The notes: a model not told the origin generated them from the sequence alone. A DNA stretch of 48,429 nt from an uncultured Bdellovibrionales bacterium (GCA_964411885.1 CAYPMK010000006.1:1-48429); one strand, 5' to 3'. Counted from the stretch's first letter, positions 1 through 8,836 are shown. Made by a program: numbers and translations.

Positions 1-1
1 T

Positions 2-526
2 ATATTCACACTATTCACTGCAGTAGTAGCATGGACGCTAGGACAAAATCGTGTAGTAGCAGAAGCGGCAATCAACGGAGATATGCCAAAAACACTAGGT
101 AAAATAAATAAAAAAACTATGGTGCCAGTAGGGGCAGCCATCGTTTCTGGACTTATATCTACCTCGGTAATTTTACTTTACGGTATTGTGGCCAAAGATG
201 CCGCTGGTCTCTTTTGGAATATACTATCATTTAGTACAATAGCTTGTTTGTTCTCATATGTAATACTATTTCCTGTTTATATAATCTTAAGAAAAAAAGA
301 TGCAAAAATAAAAAGGCCATACCAGGTCCCTGGCCCAAAGTGGTTCAAAATATCAACAGCAGTTGTTGCAGAAATTTTCACACTACTAACCATGGTTGTT
401 TTATTAATACAACCCGGAGAAGATTTTTTAGAAAGCTCCTTACCAGTAATTATTGGAACAATAATTGCAATTATAGTGGGAGAAATAATTATAAGACATT
501 CAATGAAACCAAAAAAGAGAACATAA
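2..526 (+). CDS. APC-family amino acid permease, C-terminal fragment (5' end lies outside the window)
   Basis: The frame of ORF 83..526 stays open back to position 2 (IFTLFTAVVAWTLGQNRVVAEAAINGD-MPKTLG...). It has several hydrophobic helices and the KxxRPYxVPG loop typical of APC/GadC-like permease C-termini. Confidence 0.65.
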   Translation: MFTLFTAVVAWTLGQNRVVAEAAINGDMPKTLGKINKKTMVPVGAAIVSGLISTSVILLYGIVAKDAAGLFWNILSFSTIACLFSYVILFPVYIILRKKDAKIKRPYQVPGPKWFKISTAVVAEIFTLLTMVVLLIQPGEDFLESSLPVIIGTIIAIIVGEIIIRHSMKPKKRT

Positions 527-533
527 ATTTATG

Positions 534-563
534 TTGACTTTATTATGGGCATATGCTCATAAT
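534..563 (+). promoter_or_regulatory. Sigma70-like promoter candidate for the DUF134 gene (TTGACT-N18-CATAAT)
   Basis: TTGACT at 534-539 and CATAAT at 558-563. The GCATATGC palindrome sits in the spacer. The -10 ends 6 nt before the ATG at 570, and there is no Shine-Dalgarno. Confidence 0.35.
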
Positions 564-569
564 ATATAA

Positions 570-845
570 ATGCGTCCAAAGAAGTGTAGAAAGACCTGTT
601 GCAGAATAAAAGCTGATTACTTTAAGCCACGAAGCATTCCCATAGATAAACTAGAAGAGATATGTCTTGAAGCAGACGAACTAGAGGCAATAAGACTTTC
701 AGACATTGAGTGTTTGTATCAAGAAGATGCCGCAGTAAAAATGGGTATTTCTAGGCAGACTTTTGGAAGAATAATATGTTCTGCACATAAAAAAATAGCA
801 GAAGCAATAATAAAAGGTAAGGCCCTAAAAATAAGGAGGACTTAA
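570..845 (+). CDS. DUF134 (UPF0251) family predicted DNA-binding protein
   Basis: N-terminal RPKKCRKxCC...YFKP motif and a C-terminal sigma70-region-4-like HTH (EDAAVKMGISRQTFGRI) are characteristic of DUF134. Confidence 0.8.
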   Translation: MRPKKCRKTCCRIKADYFKPRSIPIDKLEEICLEADELEAIRLSDIECLYQEDAAVKMGISRQTFGRIICSAHKKIAEAIIKGKALKIRRT

Positions 846-847
846 TT

Positions 848-1219
848 ATGAAAATCTGTATCCCTGTTAACGAGAACAATGGTATCAACAGCACGATCTG
901 TGAACACTTTGGTTCTGCACCATTATTTATGATAGTAGACACCAACACACTTTCTGTTACAGAAATAAAGAACGACGATCAACACCATGCACACGGGATG
1001 TGCCAACCGTTGTCTGTTCTTGGCAACTATGAATTCGACGGCATCGTTGTTGGAGGAATAGGTGCTGGTGCTTTAAACAAGTTAAAGAACGCAGGAATAA
1101 CAGTTTATAGAACTGAGTATTCTAACATCAACGAAACAATTAGTGCATATAACAACAACAAACTAAAAGAGATGGACCAAAATAATGTTTGTTCTCACTA
1201 CGGCCACACATGCAAATAA
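848..1219 (+). CDS. NifB/NifX-family (dinitrogenase FeMo-cofactor biosynthesis domain) protein
   Basis: MKICIPV...ICEHFGSAP.F.IVD...GIVVGGIGAGALNKLKNAGI pattern. AAGGAGGA RBS lies 6 nt upstream. This protein is commonly paired with DUF134. Confidence 0.8.
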   Translation: MKICIPVNENNGINSTICEHFGSAPLFMIVDTNTLSVTEIKNDDQHHAHGMCQPLSVLGNYEFDGIVVGGIGAGALNKLKNAGITVYRTEYSNINETISAYNNNKLKEMDQNNVCSHYGHTCK

Positions 1220-1229
1220 AAATGAACTA

Positions 1230-1625
1230 CTATTTTACGACCTTGGCCATTCCACATCCAAAAAGACCTTGTTCTGACAACCATGAATAACCATCATCAA
1301 CACTTATATAACATGTATTACCATCAGAAACGTCAAAAGTTTCAGTGGCTGTAAATATCTCACCATATCTTGTACTTCTGTCTATGGTTCTGCTAATTGT
1401 TTTGTTAAAGCTCCAATACACAATCAAGTTTTGTTCATCATAATTATAGGTCTGTGAAATATTAAAATCATCAGAACAAAAAACTTTCTTTATATAAGGA
1501 GTCACTCCTTCATGTTTTAATTCAACGTAACAAGTATCGTATGTTTCTAATAAATTACCTGCTGTAATTGAATAGTAATCAGGCGCAGCAAACAGTATTG
1601 TAGATACAAAAAACAATAAGAACAT
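1230..1625 (-). CDS. Hypothetical secreted protein (signal peptide, 4-5 Cys)
   Basis: Hydrophobic N-terminus MFLLFFVSTILFAAP. The GGAGGT RBS is embedded in the end of the upstream gene. I recognise no family. Confidence 0.55.
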   Translation of the reverse strand: MFLLFFVSTILFAAPDYYSITAGNLLETYDTCYVELKHEGVTPYIKKVFCSDDFNISQTYNYDEQNLIVYWSFNKTISRTIDRSTRYGEIFTATETFDVSDGNTCYISVDDGYSWLSEQGLFGCGMAKVVK

Positions 1626-1631
1626 TTTATT

Positions 1632-1985
1632 TTACCTCCTAAAATGTGGCACATTGTTGCCGTAGTCAATCAACACTCTAGAAATCCAAGAAGGTTCACT
1701 AGAAGGCTCATCTTGTTTACTAGAATTATTAGACTCAGTACAAAGAGTCCTAACACCTTCTTCATGATTGGTCTTTATCCAAGCAGAACCGTCACTCTCA
1801 AATTCTATTAAATGACATCTACCACTAAGATCTATCACAGCCTTATCACAATAATTCTTTATAACTTCTACGTATACCTGTTTAATTCTTATCCCTTCTG
1901 TACCCATTTCAAGACTGTTACAGAACCAGTCTGCCCACAAAAAATTTGAACTTAAAAAAGCAACAATAACGACTAATCTTTTCAT
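1632..1985 (-). CDS. Hypothetical secreted protein (signal peptide, 4 Cys)
   Basis: The start is moved to MKRLVVIVAFLSS (ATG at 1985), which is preceded by a GGAGG RBS. I recognise no family. Confidence 0.55.
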   Translation of the reverse strand: MKRLVVIVAFLSSNFLWADWFCNSLEMGTEGIRIKQVYVEVIKNYCDKAVIDLSGRCHLIEFESDGSAWIKTNHEEGVRTLCTESNNSSKQDEPSSEPSWISRVLIDYGNNVPHFRR

Positions 1986-2046
1986 TTTTGATTCAACCTC
2001 CAAAAGTTTATGAGCCAAACTTTTCCACTTAAAATATCTATTGTAT

Positions 2047-2076
2047 AATTCATTATTTTAATGTATTGATGAATTT
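2047..2076. promoter_or_regulatory. Inverted repeat AATTCAT-N16-ATGAATT in the divergent LysR promoter region (possible LysR-type operator)
   Basis: The 7-bp arms are at 2047-2053 and 2070-2076, ending 3 nt before the LysR ATG. Confidence 0.3.
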
Positions 2077-2078
2077 AA

Positions 2079-2942
2079 ATGAGTTTACTTTCACCAGAAC
2101 TAGAGGCCTTCGTCGCTATTGTAAATAAGGGAACAGTGCATGGTGCGGCAAAAGAAGTTGGTTTGACGCAGACCGGCATAACACAAAGAATTCGTTCGCT
2201 TGAAAGAAAAATAGGCAACACTCTATTCACAAGATCAAGAAAGGGAATGCATTTAACACAAGAAGGAGAAACACTTTTTGTCTACTGTCAAAAGGTAATG
2301 GACATAGAGGGTGAAACGTTGTCACTCATACAAGGTCAAAGCTCAAAAAAAATAGTCAGAATACAAATAGCAGGATCTTCCAGTATAATGAGAGCAAGAA
2401 TAATTCCTAACACCGTAAAGGTTTTAGATCAATTTAAGGACTTAACATTCACATATCATATTACAGACGACGAATCTCCAGTAAGATACCTAAAATCTGG
2501 TGAATGTCAGTTTGCAGTAATGTCTCCTCTAGAAGTCCCTAATGAAATGGACGCAAAAAAACTTGAGCCAGAAATATATATCATGGTGGGGCCTTATGAA
2601 TGGAAAAATAGAAATGTGGAAGACATCCTAAAGAACGAACGACTAATAGATTTTAACTATGGCGACAAGATTACTCTTAGCTTCTTAAAAAAATATGGAC
2701 TTGTTCATCTTACTAAAAAAGAAGGTCATTACGTCAACAACACAGATGCTCTAATCTCCTTAATAATAAGAGGCCATGGCTATTCTGTATTATCAAAAAG
2801 ATTTCTTGAACCTTACATTAAGGATAAAAAATTAGTACAATTAATGACTGGTTCTTTCTCTAAACTCGACTTTGCTTTAGCATGGTATCCCAGACATGAA
2901 ATGCCAAAATATTTTAGGAAAATAATAGATCTAATTAACTAG
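2079..2942 (+). CDS. LysR-family transcriptional regulator
   Basis: N-terminal wHTH FVAIVNKGTVHGAAKEVGLTQTGITQRIRSLE. About 290 aa with a C-terminal substrate-binding fold length typical of LTTRs. Confidence 0.85.
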   Translation: MSLLSPELEAFVAIVNKGTVHGAAKEVGLTQTGITQRIRSLERKIGNTLFTRSRKGMHLTQEGETLFVYCQKVMDIEGETLSLIQGQSSKKIVRIQIAGSSSIMRARIIPNTVKVLDQFKDLTFTYHITDDESPVRYLKSGECQFAVMSPLEVPNEMDAKKLEPEIYIMVGPYEWKNRNVEDILKNERLIDFNYGDKITLSFLKKYGLVHLTKKEGHYVNNTDALISLIIRGHGYSVLSKRFLEPYIKDKKLVQLMTGSFSKLDFALAWYPRHEMPKYFRKIIDLIN

Positions 2943-4173
2943 TTTTTTCATTTATTCTAAAAGTTATTATGACCACAGCCAAAATAGACATAATTCCACC
3001 AAATATAAAAGGAGCTTGATTACTGAAAGGATATATAAAACCAGCAATAAGACTCGCTGGTAAAAGCCCTACACCAACTATCATATTATAAAATCCTAAA
3101 GCAGTTCCTCTTGAATTTTGTGGAGCTAATTCAGAAACAAAAGCTTTTTCTACGCCCTCTGTCATTGCGTAATAGACGCCATACAGAGGCCAAAATAGCC
3201 ACAAAAGCCAAGAATATTGATTGCTCATAAAACCAAAAGCGATATACACAACTGAATATAGAAGATACCCACATACCAAAAGTTTTTTTCTCCCTATTTT
3301 ATCTGAAAGTCCTCCAAAAAAAGAAGATAACAACGACGTAGTTACATTAAAAAGCATATACATCAAAAGGACACTAGAAATATTTTCGTATAGATTAGTA
3401 CTCCTTAATAATAGAAATTGGTTAGAAGAATTACCCAATGTAAAAACAAACTGAGCCAAAAAAAACACTCTAAGATTTTTATCGTATTTTCTTATATCAA
3501 GATCTGGCAGAGCTTTATTTGTTTCTTTACCAAGATCTTTAGCTTTAACGCCCTTGTCTGATACAAAAAACAAAAAGGAGGCTCCTACTAACGCACTGCA
3601 TACAGCAATTATGAATATCGGATAAAAAACAGAAACCGGAGCCGACACCCCTTTGTATATAACGTCCCCAATTTCTGGATAAACATATTTAACAAGTATA
3701 TATAAGAGAGCCGTCCCAAAGAAAGCTCCGGCAAAATCCATGCCTCTTTGAAAGCCAAAAGCTTTGCCCAAAAGGGTTTTAGGTATCGATTCAGATATAA
3801 TAGCATCCCTTGGAGCAGTCCTTATGCCCTTACCAGTACGATCTATAAACCTAAAAGAAAGAACGGAAAACACACTTGGGACAAAAAGGAAGAGTTTTGA
3901 AAGAGCAGACCCAAAATAACCAAACACAGCCAGCCACTTTCTTTTACCCAGCTTGTCTGAATAATAGCCTGAAAGAACCTTTAAAACACTTGAAAGAGAT
4001 TCTCCTATGCCTTCCATCAAACCCAATATTGGCCCAACGTTAACAGTAATTACGCTTACGAATACCTGTAGTATTGGATATAGCATTTCAGATGAAATAT
4101 CCGTAAAGAAAGAAGTCAATCCAGTGAGAACAACATTCTTATTAAGAGGAGATTTGTTTTTTTTTGAACTCAC
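2935..4173 (-). CDS. MFS transporter
   Basis: About 12 hydrophobic helices. MFS motif-A-like loops DRTGKGIRTAPRDA and GGLSDKIGRKKLL. GTG start after GGAGGGGG. Confidence 0.85.
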   Translation of the reverse strand: MSSKKNKSPLNKNVVLTGLTSFFTDISSEMLYPILQVFVSVITVNVGPILGLMEGIGESLSSVLKVLSGYYSDKLGKRKWLAVFGYFGSALSKLFLFVPSVFSVLSFRFIDRTGKGIRTAPRDAIISESIPKTLLGKAFGFQRGMDFAGAFFGTALLYILVKYVYPEIGDVIYKGVSAPVSVFYPIFIIAVCSALVGASFLFFVSDKGVKAKDLGKETNKALPDLDIRKYDKNLRVFFLAQFVFTLGNSSNQFLLLRSTNLYENISSVLLMYMLFNVTTSLLSSFFGGLSDKIGRKKLLVCGYLLYSVVYIAFGFMSNQYSWLLWLFWPLYGVYYAMTEGVEKAFVSELAPQNSRGTALGFYNMIVGVGLLPASLIAGFIYPFSNQAPFIFGGIMSILAVVIITFRINEKTS

Positions 4174-4249
4174 ACCCCCTCCTTTTTGCCAAAAGCCTAT
4201 TTCAACAGGCCAATACTGTCAACCTATCAACTAAAATTATAAAAAGCTG

Positions 4250-4277
4250 TTGACCCTTATATATAAAGTGCTAAATA
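4250..4277 (+). promoter_or_regulatory. Sigma70-like promoter (TTGACC-N16-TAAATA) for the small lipoprotein gene
   Basis: TTGACC at 4250-4255 and TAAATA at 4272-4277. An AAGGAAGGTGG RBS follows before the ATG at 4330. Confidence 0.45.
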
Positions 4278-4329
4278 TTCTACTTAGATAAAAAAATAAG
4301 ATTATATCTTAAAAAAGGAAGGTGGATTC

Positions 4330-4479
4330 ATGAAAAAAGTATTAAGTTTAGTTATCGTTTCTGTATTAGCTCTTTCTGTAGTTGCTTGCACAAAAAAGAC
4401 AGCTGAAGAAGCTGCTCCTGCTGAAGCTGCTCCTGTTGAACAGCCAGCTGCTCCTGCTGAAGCTCCTGCTCAGAACTAA
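4330..4479 (+). CDS. Small (49 aa) Ala/Pro/Glu-rich lipoprotein, absent from the ORF track
   Basis: MKKVLSLVIVSVLALSVVAC-TKKTAEEAAPAEAAPVEQPAAPAEAPAQN. It has a canonical lipobox VVAC, a strong RBS and a TAA stop at 4477-4479, followed by an intrinsic terminator. Confidence 0.7.
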   Translation: MKKVLSLVIVSVLALSVVACTKKTAEEAAPAEAAPVEQPAAPAEAPAQN

Positions 4480-4497
4480 TTAAAATTTCGTTTTTTT

Positions 4498-4540
4498 AAA
4501 ACAGGGTTTTTCGTCGAGAAAAACCCTGTTTTTTATTCTT
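4498..4540 (+). terminator. Rho-independent terminator
   Basis: 15-bp perfect stem AAAACAGGGTTTTTC / GAAAAACCCTGTTTT (4498-4512 / 4518-4532), 5-nt loop, then a T-rich tract. Confidence 0.75.
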
Positions 4541-4560
4541 TTAAGTCTTGAGAATCTTTT

Positions 4561-4634
4561 TGGGAGATCGTCTAATGGTAGGACTGCGGACTCTGACTCC
4601 GCCAATCTAGGTTCGAATCCTAGTCTCCCAGCCA
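4561..4634 (+). tRNA. tRNA-Gln (anticodon CUG), CCA encoded
   Basis: Hand-folded cloverleaf. Acceptor TGGGAGA/TCTCCCA, D stem GTCT/GGAC, anticodon stem GCGGA/TCCGC with loop CTCTGAC, T arm CTAGG-TTCGAAT-CCTAG, discriminator G plus CCA. Length 74 nt. Confidence 0.9.
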
Positions 4635-4762
4635 AACGAGCAAAGCGAGTTTGGCTGGAGACAATATAAATAGTGCGAGCCGAGTTTCTAGACGAGGTGA
4701 GCTTACCTACAGGATCACTGGAGCGAGTCGCTCCTAAAAAAGCATGCACGATGAGCGGAAGT

Positions 4763-4781
4763 AATCCTAGTCTCCCAGCCA
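4763..4781 (+). repeat. Exact 19-nt direct repeat of the tRNA-Gln 3' end (AATCCTAGTCTCCCAGCCA), att-like
   Basis: Identical to 4616-4634. The two copies are separated by a 128-bp segment that is GC-richer than its surroundings. Confidence 0.8.
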
Positions 4782-4784
4782 GTA

Positions 4785-5447
4785 TCAATAACTGTGTTTA
4801 ACTACCCTTGCACTAACAAGATATATAACACCTTCTGATATATATTTTGCATGATCACAAATCCTTTCAAGATGCTGTGCCACCAAGAATAACGATAGTG
4901 CTCTTGAAAGCGTACTTACATCTTTAGCAATATAATCTTCCACTAATTCTTTTTGTATTTTGTTCCTAAGAAGATTCGCCTCTTTATCCATTTCTATAAC
5001 CTTTTTTGCCAGAGCAGCATCTCTATTAACAAAAGCATCAATAGTTGTTTTAACCATATTAATAGATAACTCGCTAAATACAGGAATATCTATAAGTGGT
5101 TTTAACATCGGTTTATCAGATAGATCAATAGCACGATGGGCTATATTAACAGCAAGATCTGCAATACGCTCAAGCTCACCATTTATCTTCATCCCTGTGG
5201 TTATAAATCTAAGATCCCCCGCAAGAGGTTGCCTTCTTGCTAATAATTCAACAGAGAAATCATCTATATCAAGTTCAAAAGCATCTATCTCTTCGTCTTT
5301 TTCTATTATTTTCTCAGCAAGTGATCTCTCCCTGTGTTTTACAGCCTCTATTGCTAAATAGATAGATTCTTGTGTAAGAGCTGCCATTTTTAATATTTTG
5401 CTATTCAGCTCATTCAATTCTTTGTCAAATTTTCTGTCGACCATCAC
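4785..5447 (-). CDS. phoU: Phosphate signalling regulator PhoU
   Basis: Two PhoU repeats with E..ERIADLAVNIA and LERICDHAKYIS motifs. Positioned immediately after pstB. Confidence 0.9.
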   Translation of the reverse strand: MMVDRKFDKELNELNSKILKMAALTQESIYLAIEAVKHRERSLAEKIIEKDEEIDAFELDIDDFSVELLARRQPLAGDLRFITTGMKINGELERIADLAVNIAHRAIDLSDKPMLKPLIDIPVFSELSINMVKTTIDAFVNRDAALAKKVIEMDKEANLLRNKIQKELVEDYIAKDVSTLSRALSLFLVAQHLERICDHAKYISEGVIYLVSARVVKHSY

Positions 5448-5459
5448 ATAACCTCCGTA

Positions 5460-6221
5460 TTAACCAAACCTTCCTGTAATATAATCCTCTGTTATTTTAA
5501 ACTCAGGATTTGTGAACATTAGATTGGTTTTATTATACTCTATAAGTTTTCCCATCATAAAAAACGCCGTATAGTCAGATACTCTTGCAGCCTGTTGCAT
5601 GTTGTGTGTAACAATTATTATTGTATATTTCTTCTTAAGCTCCTGTATAAGTTCCTCTATTTTTATGGTAGCAGTTGGGTCTAAAGCAGACGCTGGTTCA
5701 TCCATTAAAAGTATATCAGGCTCTACTGCCAAGGCTCTTGCAATACAAAGTCTTTGTTGCTGACCGCCAGAAAGGTCAAAAGCACTTGCATTAAGTCTGT
5801 CTTTAACTTCGTCCCACAACGCCGCCCCTTTTAAACTTTCTTCAACTCTTCTAGATATCAGATCTTTATTATTAATACCGTTTATTCTTAATCCATAAGC
5901 AACATTCTCAAAAATACTTTTTGGAAATGGGTTTGATTTTTGGAATACCATTCCAACTTTTCTTCTGAGCGCAACAACATCTACATCTTTATGTATTATA
6001 TTCTCTCCATCAAGCATTATCTTGCCCTCATACCTTGCACCGAGTATTAGATTGTTCATAAGATTTATGCTTCTAAGGAAAGTCGATTTACCACAACCAG
6101 AAGGACCAATAATGCCTGTTACAGAATTTTTTTCTATTTTAACGTTTACGTCGGTTAAAGCCTTCTTGTCGCCATAATAAAAATTAAAATTAATAGCTTC
6201 TATCACTGAATCTTTTATCAT
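5460..6221 (-). CDS. pstB: Phosphate ABC transporter ATP-binding protein PstB
   Basis: Walker [10 protein letters not shown], signature LSGGQQQRL, Walker B ILLMDEP. PstB-typical C-terminus YITGRFG. Confidence 0.95.
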   Translation of the reverse strand: MIKDSVIEAINFNFYYGDKKALTDVNVKIEKNSVTGIIGPSGCGKSTFLRSINLMNNLILGARYEGKIMLDGENIIHKDVDVVALRRKVGMVFQKSNPFPKSIFENVAYGLRINGINNKDLISRRVEESLKGAALWDEVKDRLNASAFDLSGGQQQRLCIARALAVEPDILLMDEPASALDPTATIKIEELIQELKKKYTIIIVTHNMQQAARVSDYTAFFMMGKLIEYNKTNLMFTNPEFKITEDYITGRFG

Positions 6222-6222
6222 A

Positions 6223-7083
6223 TTACTCCTTCCTGTTCTTTCTTAAACGATATCTTAATATTATTGCACCAAGGTTCATCATAAACACCAATATAACAAG
6301 AACCATTGCAGTTCCATATGCTATAGGGCGTACTTCCATTATAGAGTGATGTTGAGTTGCCATTATGTATAGGTGGTATGGTAAGGCCATGAATTGATCA
6401 AAAATTCCTTTTGGAAGATATGGAAGATAAAAAGCAACACCTGTGAATAAAAGAGGAGCGGTCTCGCCTGCGGCTCTTGATAGACCAAGTATGGTGCCAG
6501 TTAACATCCCCGGTATCGCATATGGGAGAACGTTGGTCTTTATTGCTTGCCATTTTGTTGCACCAAGGGCTAAAGCCCCTTCTCTAAAAGACATTGGTAT
6601 ATTCTTGAGCGCTTCCTCAGAGGCTGTAATAGTCATTGGCAAAGTCATTAAGCTCAAAGTTAAACCAGAAGCAAGAACACTTGTTCCAATATTCATTAAT
6701 TGTACAAACAAAACAACGCCGAATAAACCATAAACTATAGACGGAACTCCTGCCAAATTTCTTATTGATATTCGTATCAATCTTGTGAACCAATTTTGTT
6801 TTGCATATTCATTAAGATATATTGCACAACCCATTCCAAGAGGAATAGAAAAAATAGCTGTTATCACTGTAACAAAAAAGGTGCCTATTATTGCCGGCAT
6901 GATGCCACCTTTTGTCATTCCTTCAGTCGGTGATTTAATTAAAAAATCTATATTTATAACACTGTATCCATTTACCAATATATTGGTGAATATTACTATT
7001 ATGATAAGCACAACCAACATCAAACACATTGTTAAAATGCCAAAACCAATTTTTTCTTTTATTTTATTAAGATTATTCTTCAT
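6223..7083 (-). CDS. pstA: Phosphate ABC transporter permease PstA
   Basis: Six TM helices, EAA-type loop [10 protein letters not shown], and operon position. Confidence 0.9.
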   Translation of the reverse strand: MKNNLNKIKEKIGFGILTMCLMLVVLIIIVIFTNILVNGYSVINIDFLIKSPTEGMTKGGIMPAIIGTFFVTVITAIFSIPLGMGCAIYLNEYAKQNWFTRLIRISIRNLAGVPSIVYGLFGVVLFVQLMNIGTSVLASGLTLSLMTLPMTITASEEALKNIPMSFREGALALGATKWQAIKTNVLPYAIPGMLTGTILGLSRAAGETAPLLFTGVAFYLPYLPKGIFDQFMALPYHLYIMATQHHSIMEVRPIAYGTAMVLVILVFMMNLGAIILRYRLRKNRKE

Positions 7084-7973
7084 CTTTTTTGCTTCTTATT
7101 AAAAATTATTTCTGCAGCCAGATTTACCGCAAATGTTATTAAGAACAAAGCTAGTCCGACTACAAATAAAGCATAATAGTGGGCGGTACCATATGCCACC
7201 TCACCAAGCTCTATAGCAATAACAGAAGTCATAGTCTTAACCGAATCAAACAAACTATTAGGCATAGCACCTGCACAACCAGTAGCCATTAATACGGTCA
7301 TTGTTTCACCTATAGCTCTACCCATACCAAGCATTGTGGCAGCAATAATTCCAGAAGAAGCGGCAGGTATTCTTACTCTTATTATTGTTTGCCATTTTGT
7401 TGCACCTAAAGCCAACGAAGCTTCTGTATACGATTTAGGAACACTTTTTAATGCATCTTCTGTAAGACTTATTATCGTGGGCATCGCCATTATTCCAAGC
7501 AATATGGATCCGTTTACTGCATTAAGTCCGTCGGGCAGATTAAATATTTTAGCTATGGAGGGCCCTATAAGAGTGATGCCTATAAAACCAATAACTACAG
7601 ATGGGATGCTGGCTAATATTTCCACGACTGGTTTTGCTATTTCTCTAACTCTATTGCTTGCAAGATCTGATATAAAAGCAGCAGCACCAATGCTTATTGG
7701 CACAGCAAATATCATTGCACCTAAAGTTACCAAAAGAGAACTAACCAACATTGACAACATCCCGTATGATTCTTTAACATAGGATGTTGGATTCCAATTT
7801 GAACTAAATAAAAATTCTTTTAAGGGTATTTGTTCAAAAGCCGGAAGAGACGTCCAGATCAAAAGAACAAATATACCTAAAAGAACCAATATAACCAGAA
7901 TAGCATTAACAAGGAAGCCCCCATGAATGAGGGCTTCCTTTATTTTTTTTGAAAAAGGCAATCTATTCTTCAC
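7080..7973 (-). CDS. pstC: Phosphate ABC transporter permease PstC
   Basis: TM-rich, [12 protein letters not shown] loop. 4-nt overlaps with pstS and pstA. Confidence 0.9.
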   Translation of the reverse strand: MKNRLPFSKKIKEALIHGGFLVNAILVILVLLGIFVLLIWTSLPAFEQIPLKEFLFSSNWNPTSYVKESYGMLSMLVSSLLVTLGAMIFAVPISIGAAAFISDLASNRVREIAKPVVEILASIPSVVIGFIGITLIGPSIAKIFNLPDGLNAVNGSILLGIMAMPTIISLTEDALKSVPKSYTEASLALGATKWQTIIRVRIPAASSGIIAATMLGMGRAIGETMTVLMATGCAGAMPNSLFDSVKTMTSVIAIELGEVAYGTAHYYALFVVGLALFLITFAVNLAAEIIFNKKQKR

Positions 7974-8836
7974 TTAATACCCAAAACCTTATTATTCGAC
8001 GTTTTCTGAGCTTTGTTTATTGGAAAAAAACCGTGTTCTTCCATAAGCTTTGAACCCTCTGGTCCTAGTTCATACATAAGAAAATCTTTAACGTCCTTGC
8101 TTATAGTCCCTTTTATATATTGGTATAGAGGCCTTGATATAGGGTACTTTTTGTTGCTTATATTTAATTTAGTTGGAGCATATGCTTTTGCTCCTTTTAC
8201 TGTAGATATATAAAGAACCTTAACATCACTAGAATCCTTAACATAACCAGAACCAACATAACCAATAGCAGATTTAGAATTTTTAACAGCCTCAACTATT
8301 TGAGCATTACCGTTCATTTGTTTTACGTCACCAGAAAAATCTGTCTTGTTTAAAATGTGTTCAATAAAAAAATCATAGGTCCCAGAGTTAGCTTGTCTTC
8401 CGTACAGACTTATTTTTTCGTCTTTACCTCCAAATTCTTTCCAGTTTTTTATTTCTCCTTTAAAGATCTGTGCAAGTTGTGGCAAACTTAATTCCTTAAC
8501 GCTGTTATTTTTGTTAACTATTATACTTAAACCATCTATAGCCAAAGCTATTTCGTTCACGGTTCCTTTTGCTGCTGTTTTTTCTTTATCTTTTATGTCT
8601 CTTGAGGAGTTAGCTATATCACAAGTCCCATTTATTAACGCCGCAATACCTGTACCGGAGCCACCACCAGTTACTGATATCTTTTTGTCCTTATTCTTTA
8701 ACATGTATTTCTCGGCCAATTCTTGAACCGTATTAACCATGGTATCTGAACCCTTTATTTGTAAAACGCCTCTTGTTTGAGCAAAAATACTAGATGTAAA
8801 TAACGCCGTAACAATAAGAAAATTAATCTTTTTCAT
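7970..8836 (-). CDS. pstS: Phosphate-binding protein PstS
   Basis: Start moved to MKKINFLIV (ATG at 8836), which sits 7 nt after GGAGGT. Signal peptide present, plus the periplasmic binding motif IKGSDT...TGGGSGTGI. Confidence 0.9.
   Translation of the reverse strand: MKKINFLIVTALFTSSIFAQTRGVLQIKGSDTMVNTVQELAEKYMLKNKDKKISVTGGGSGTGIAALINGTCDIANSSRDIKDKEKTAAKGTVNEIALAIDGLSIIVNKNNSVKELSLPQLAQIFKGEIKNWKEFGGKDEKISLYGRQANSGTYDFFIEHILNKTDFSGDVKQMNGNAQIVEAVKNSKSAIGYVGSGYVKDSSDVKVLYISTVKGAKAYAPTKLNISNKKYPISRPLYQYIKGTISKDVKDFLMYELGPEGSKLMEEHGFFPINKAQKTSNNKVLGIK

Noticed and set aside
244-537. 97-aa plus-strand ORF overlapping the permease 3' end
   Set aside because: It is an alternative frame of the permease gene. 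Its translation is Lys/Asn/Cys-rich low-complexity sequence typical of off-frame AT-rich DNA.
4708-4781. Possible decayed second copy of tRNA-Gln (tandem duplication)
   Set aside because: An end-anchored comparison of the 55 nt upstream of the repeat with the tRNA body gives roughly chance-level identity. No T-loop (TTCGAAT) or matching 5' acceptor strand is present. Only the 3' 19 nt are duplicated.
4480-4788. 102-aa minus-strand ORF in the track
   Set aside because: It runs antisense through the terminator hairpin, the whole tRNA-Gln gene and the att-like repeat. It has no RBS and its composition is that of RNA-gene sequence, so it is a spurious ORF.
6443-7782. Plus-strand ORFs of 96-148 aa inside pstA and pstC (6443-6733, 6785-7102, 7336-7782)
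   Set aside because: They are antisense shadow ORFs within genes that have unambiguous ABC-permease motifs. They lack RBSs and have low-complexity translations.
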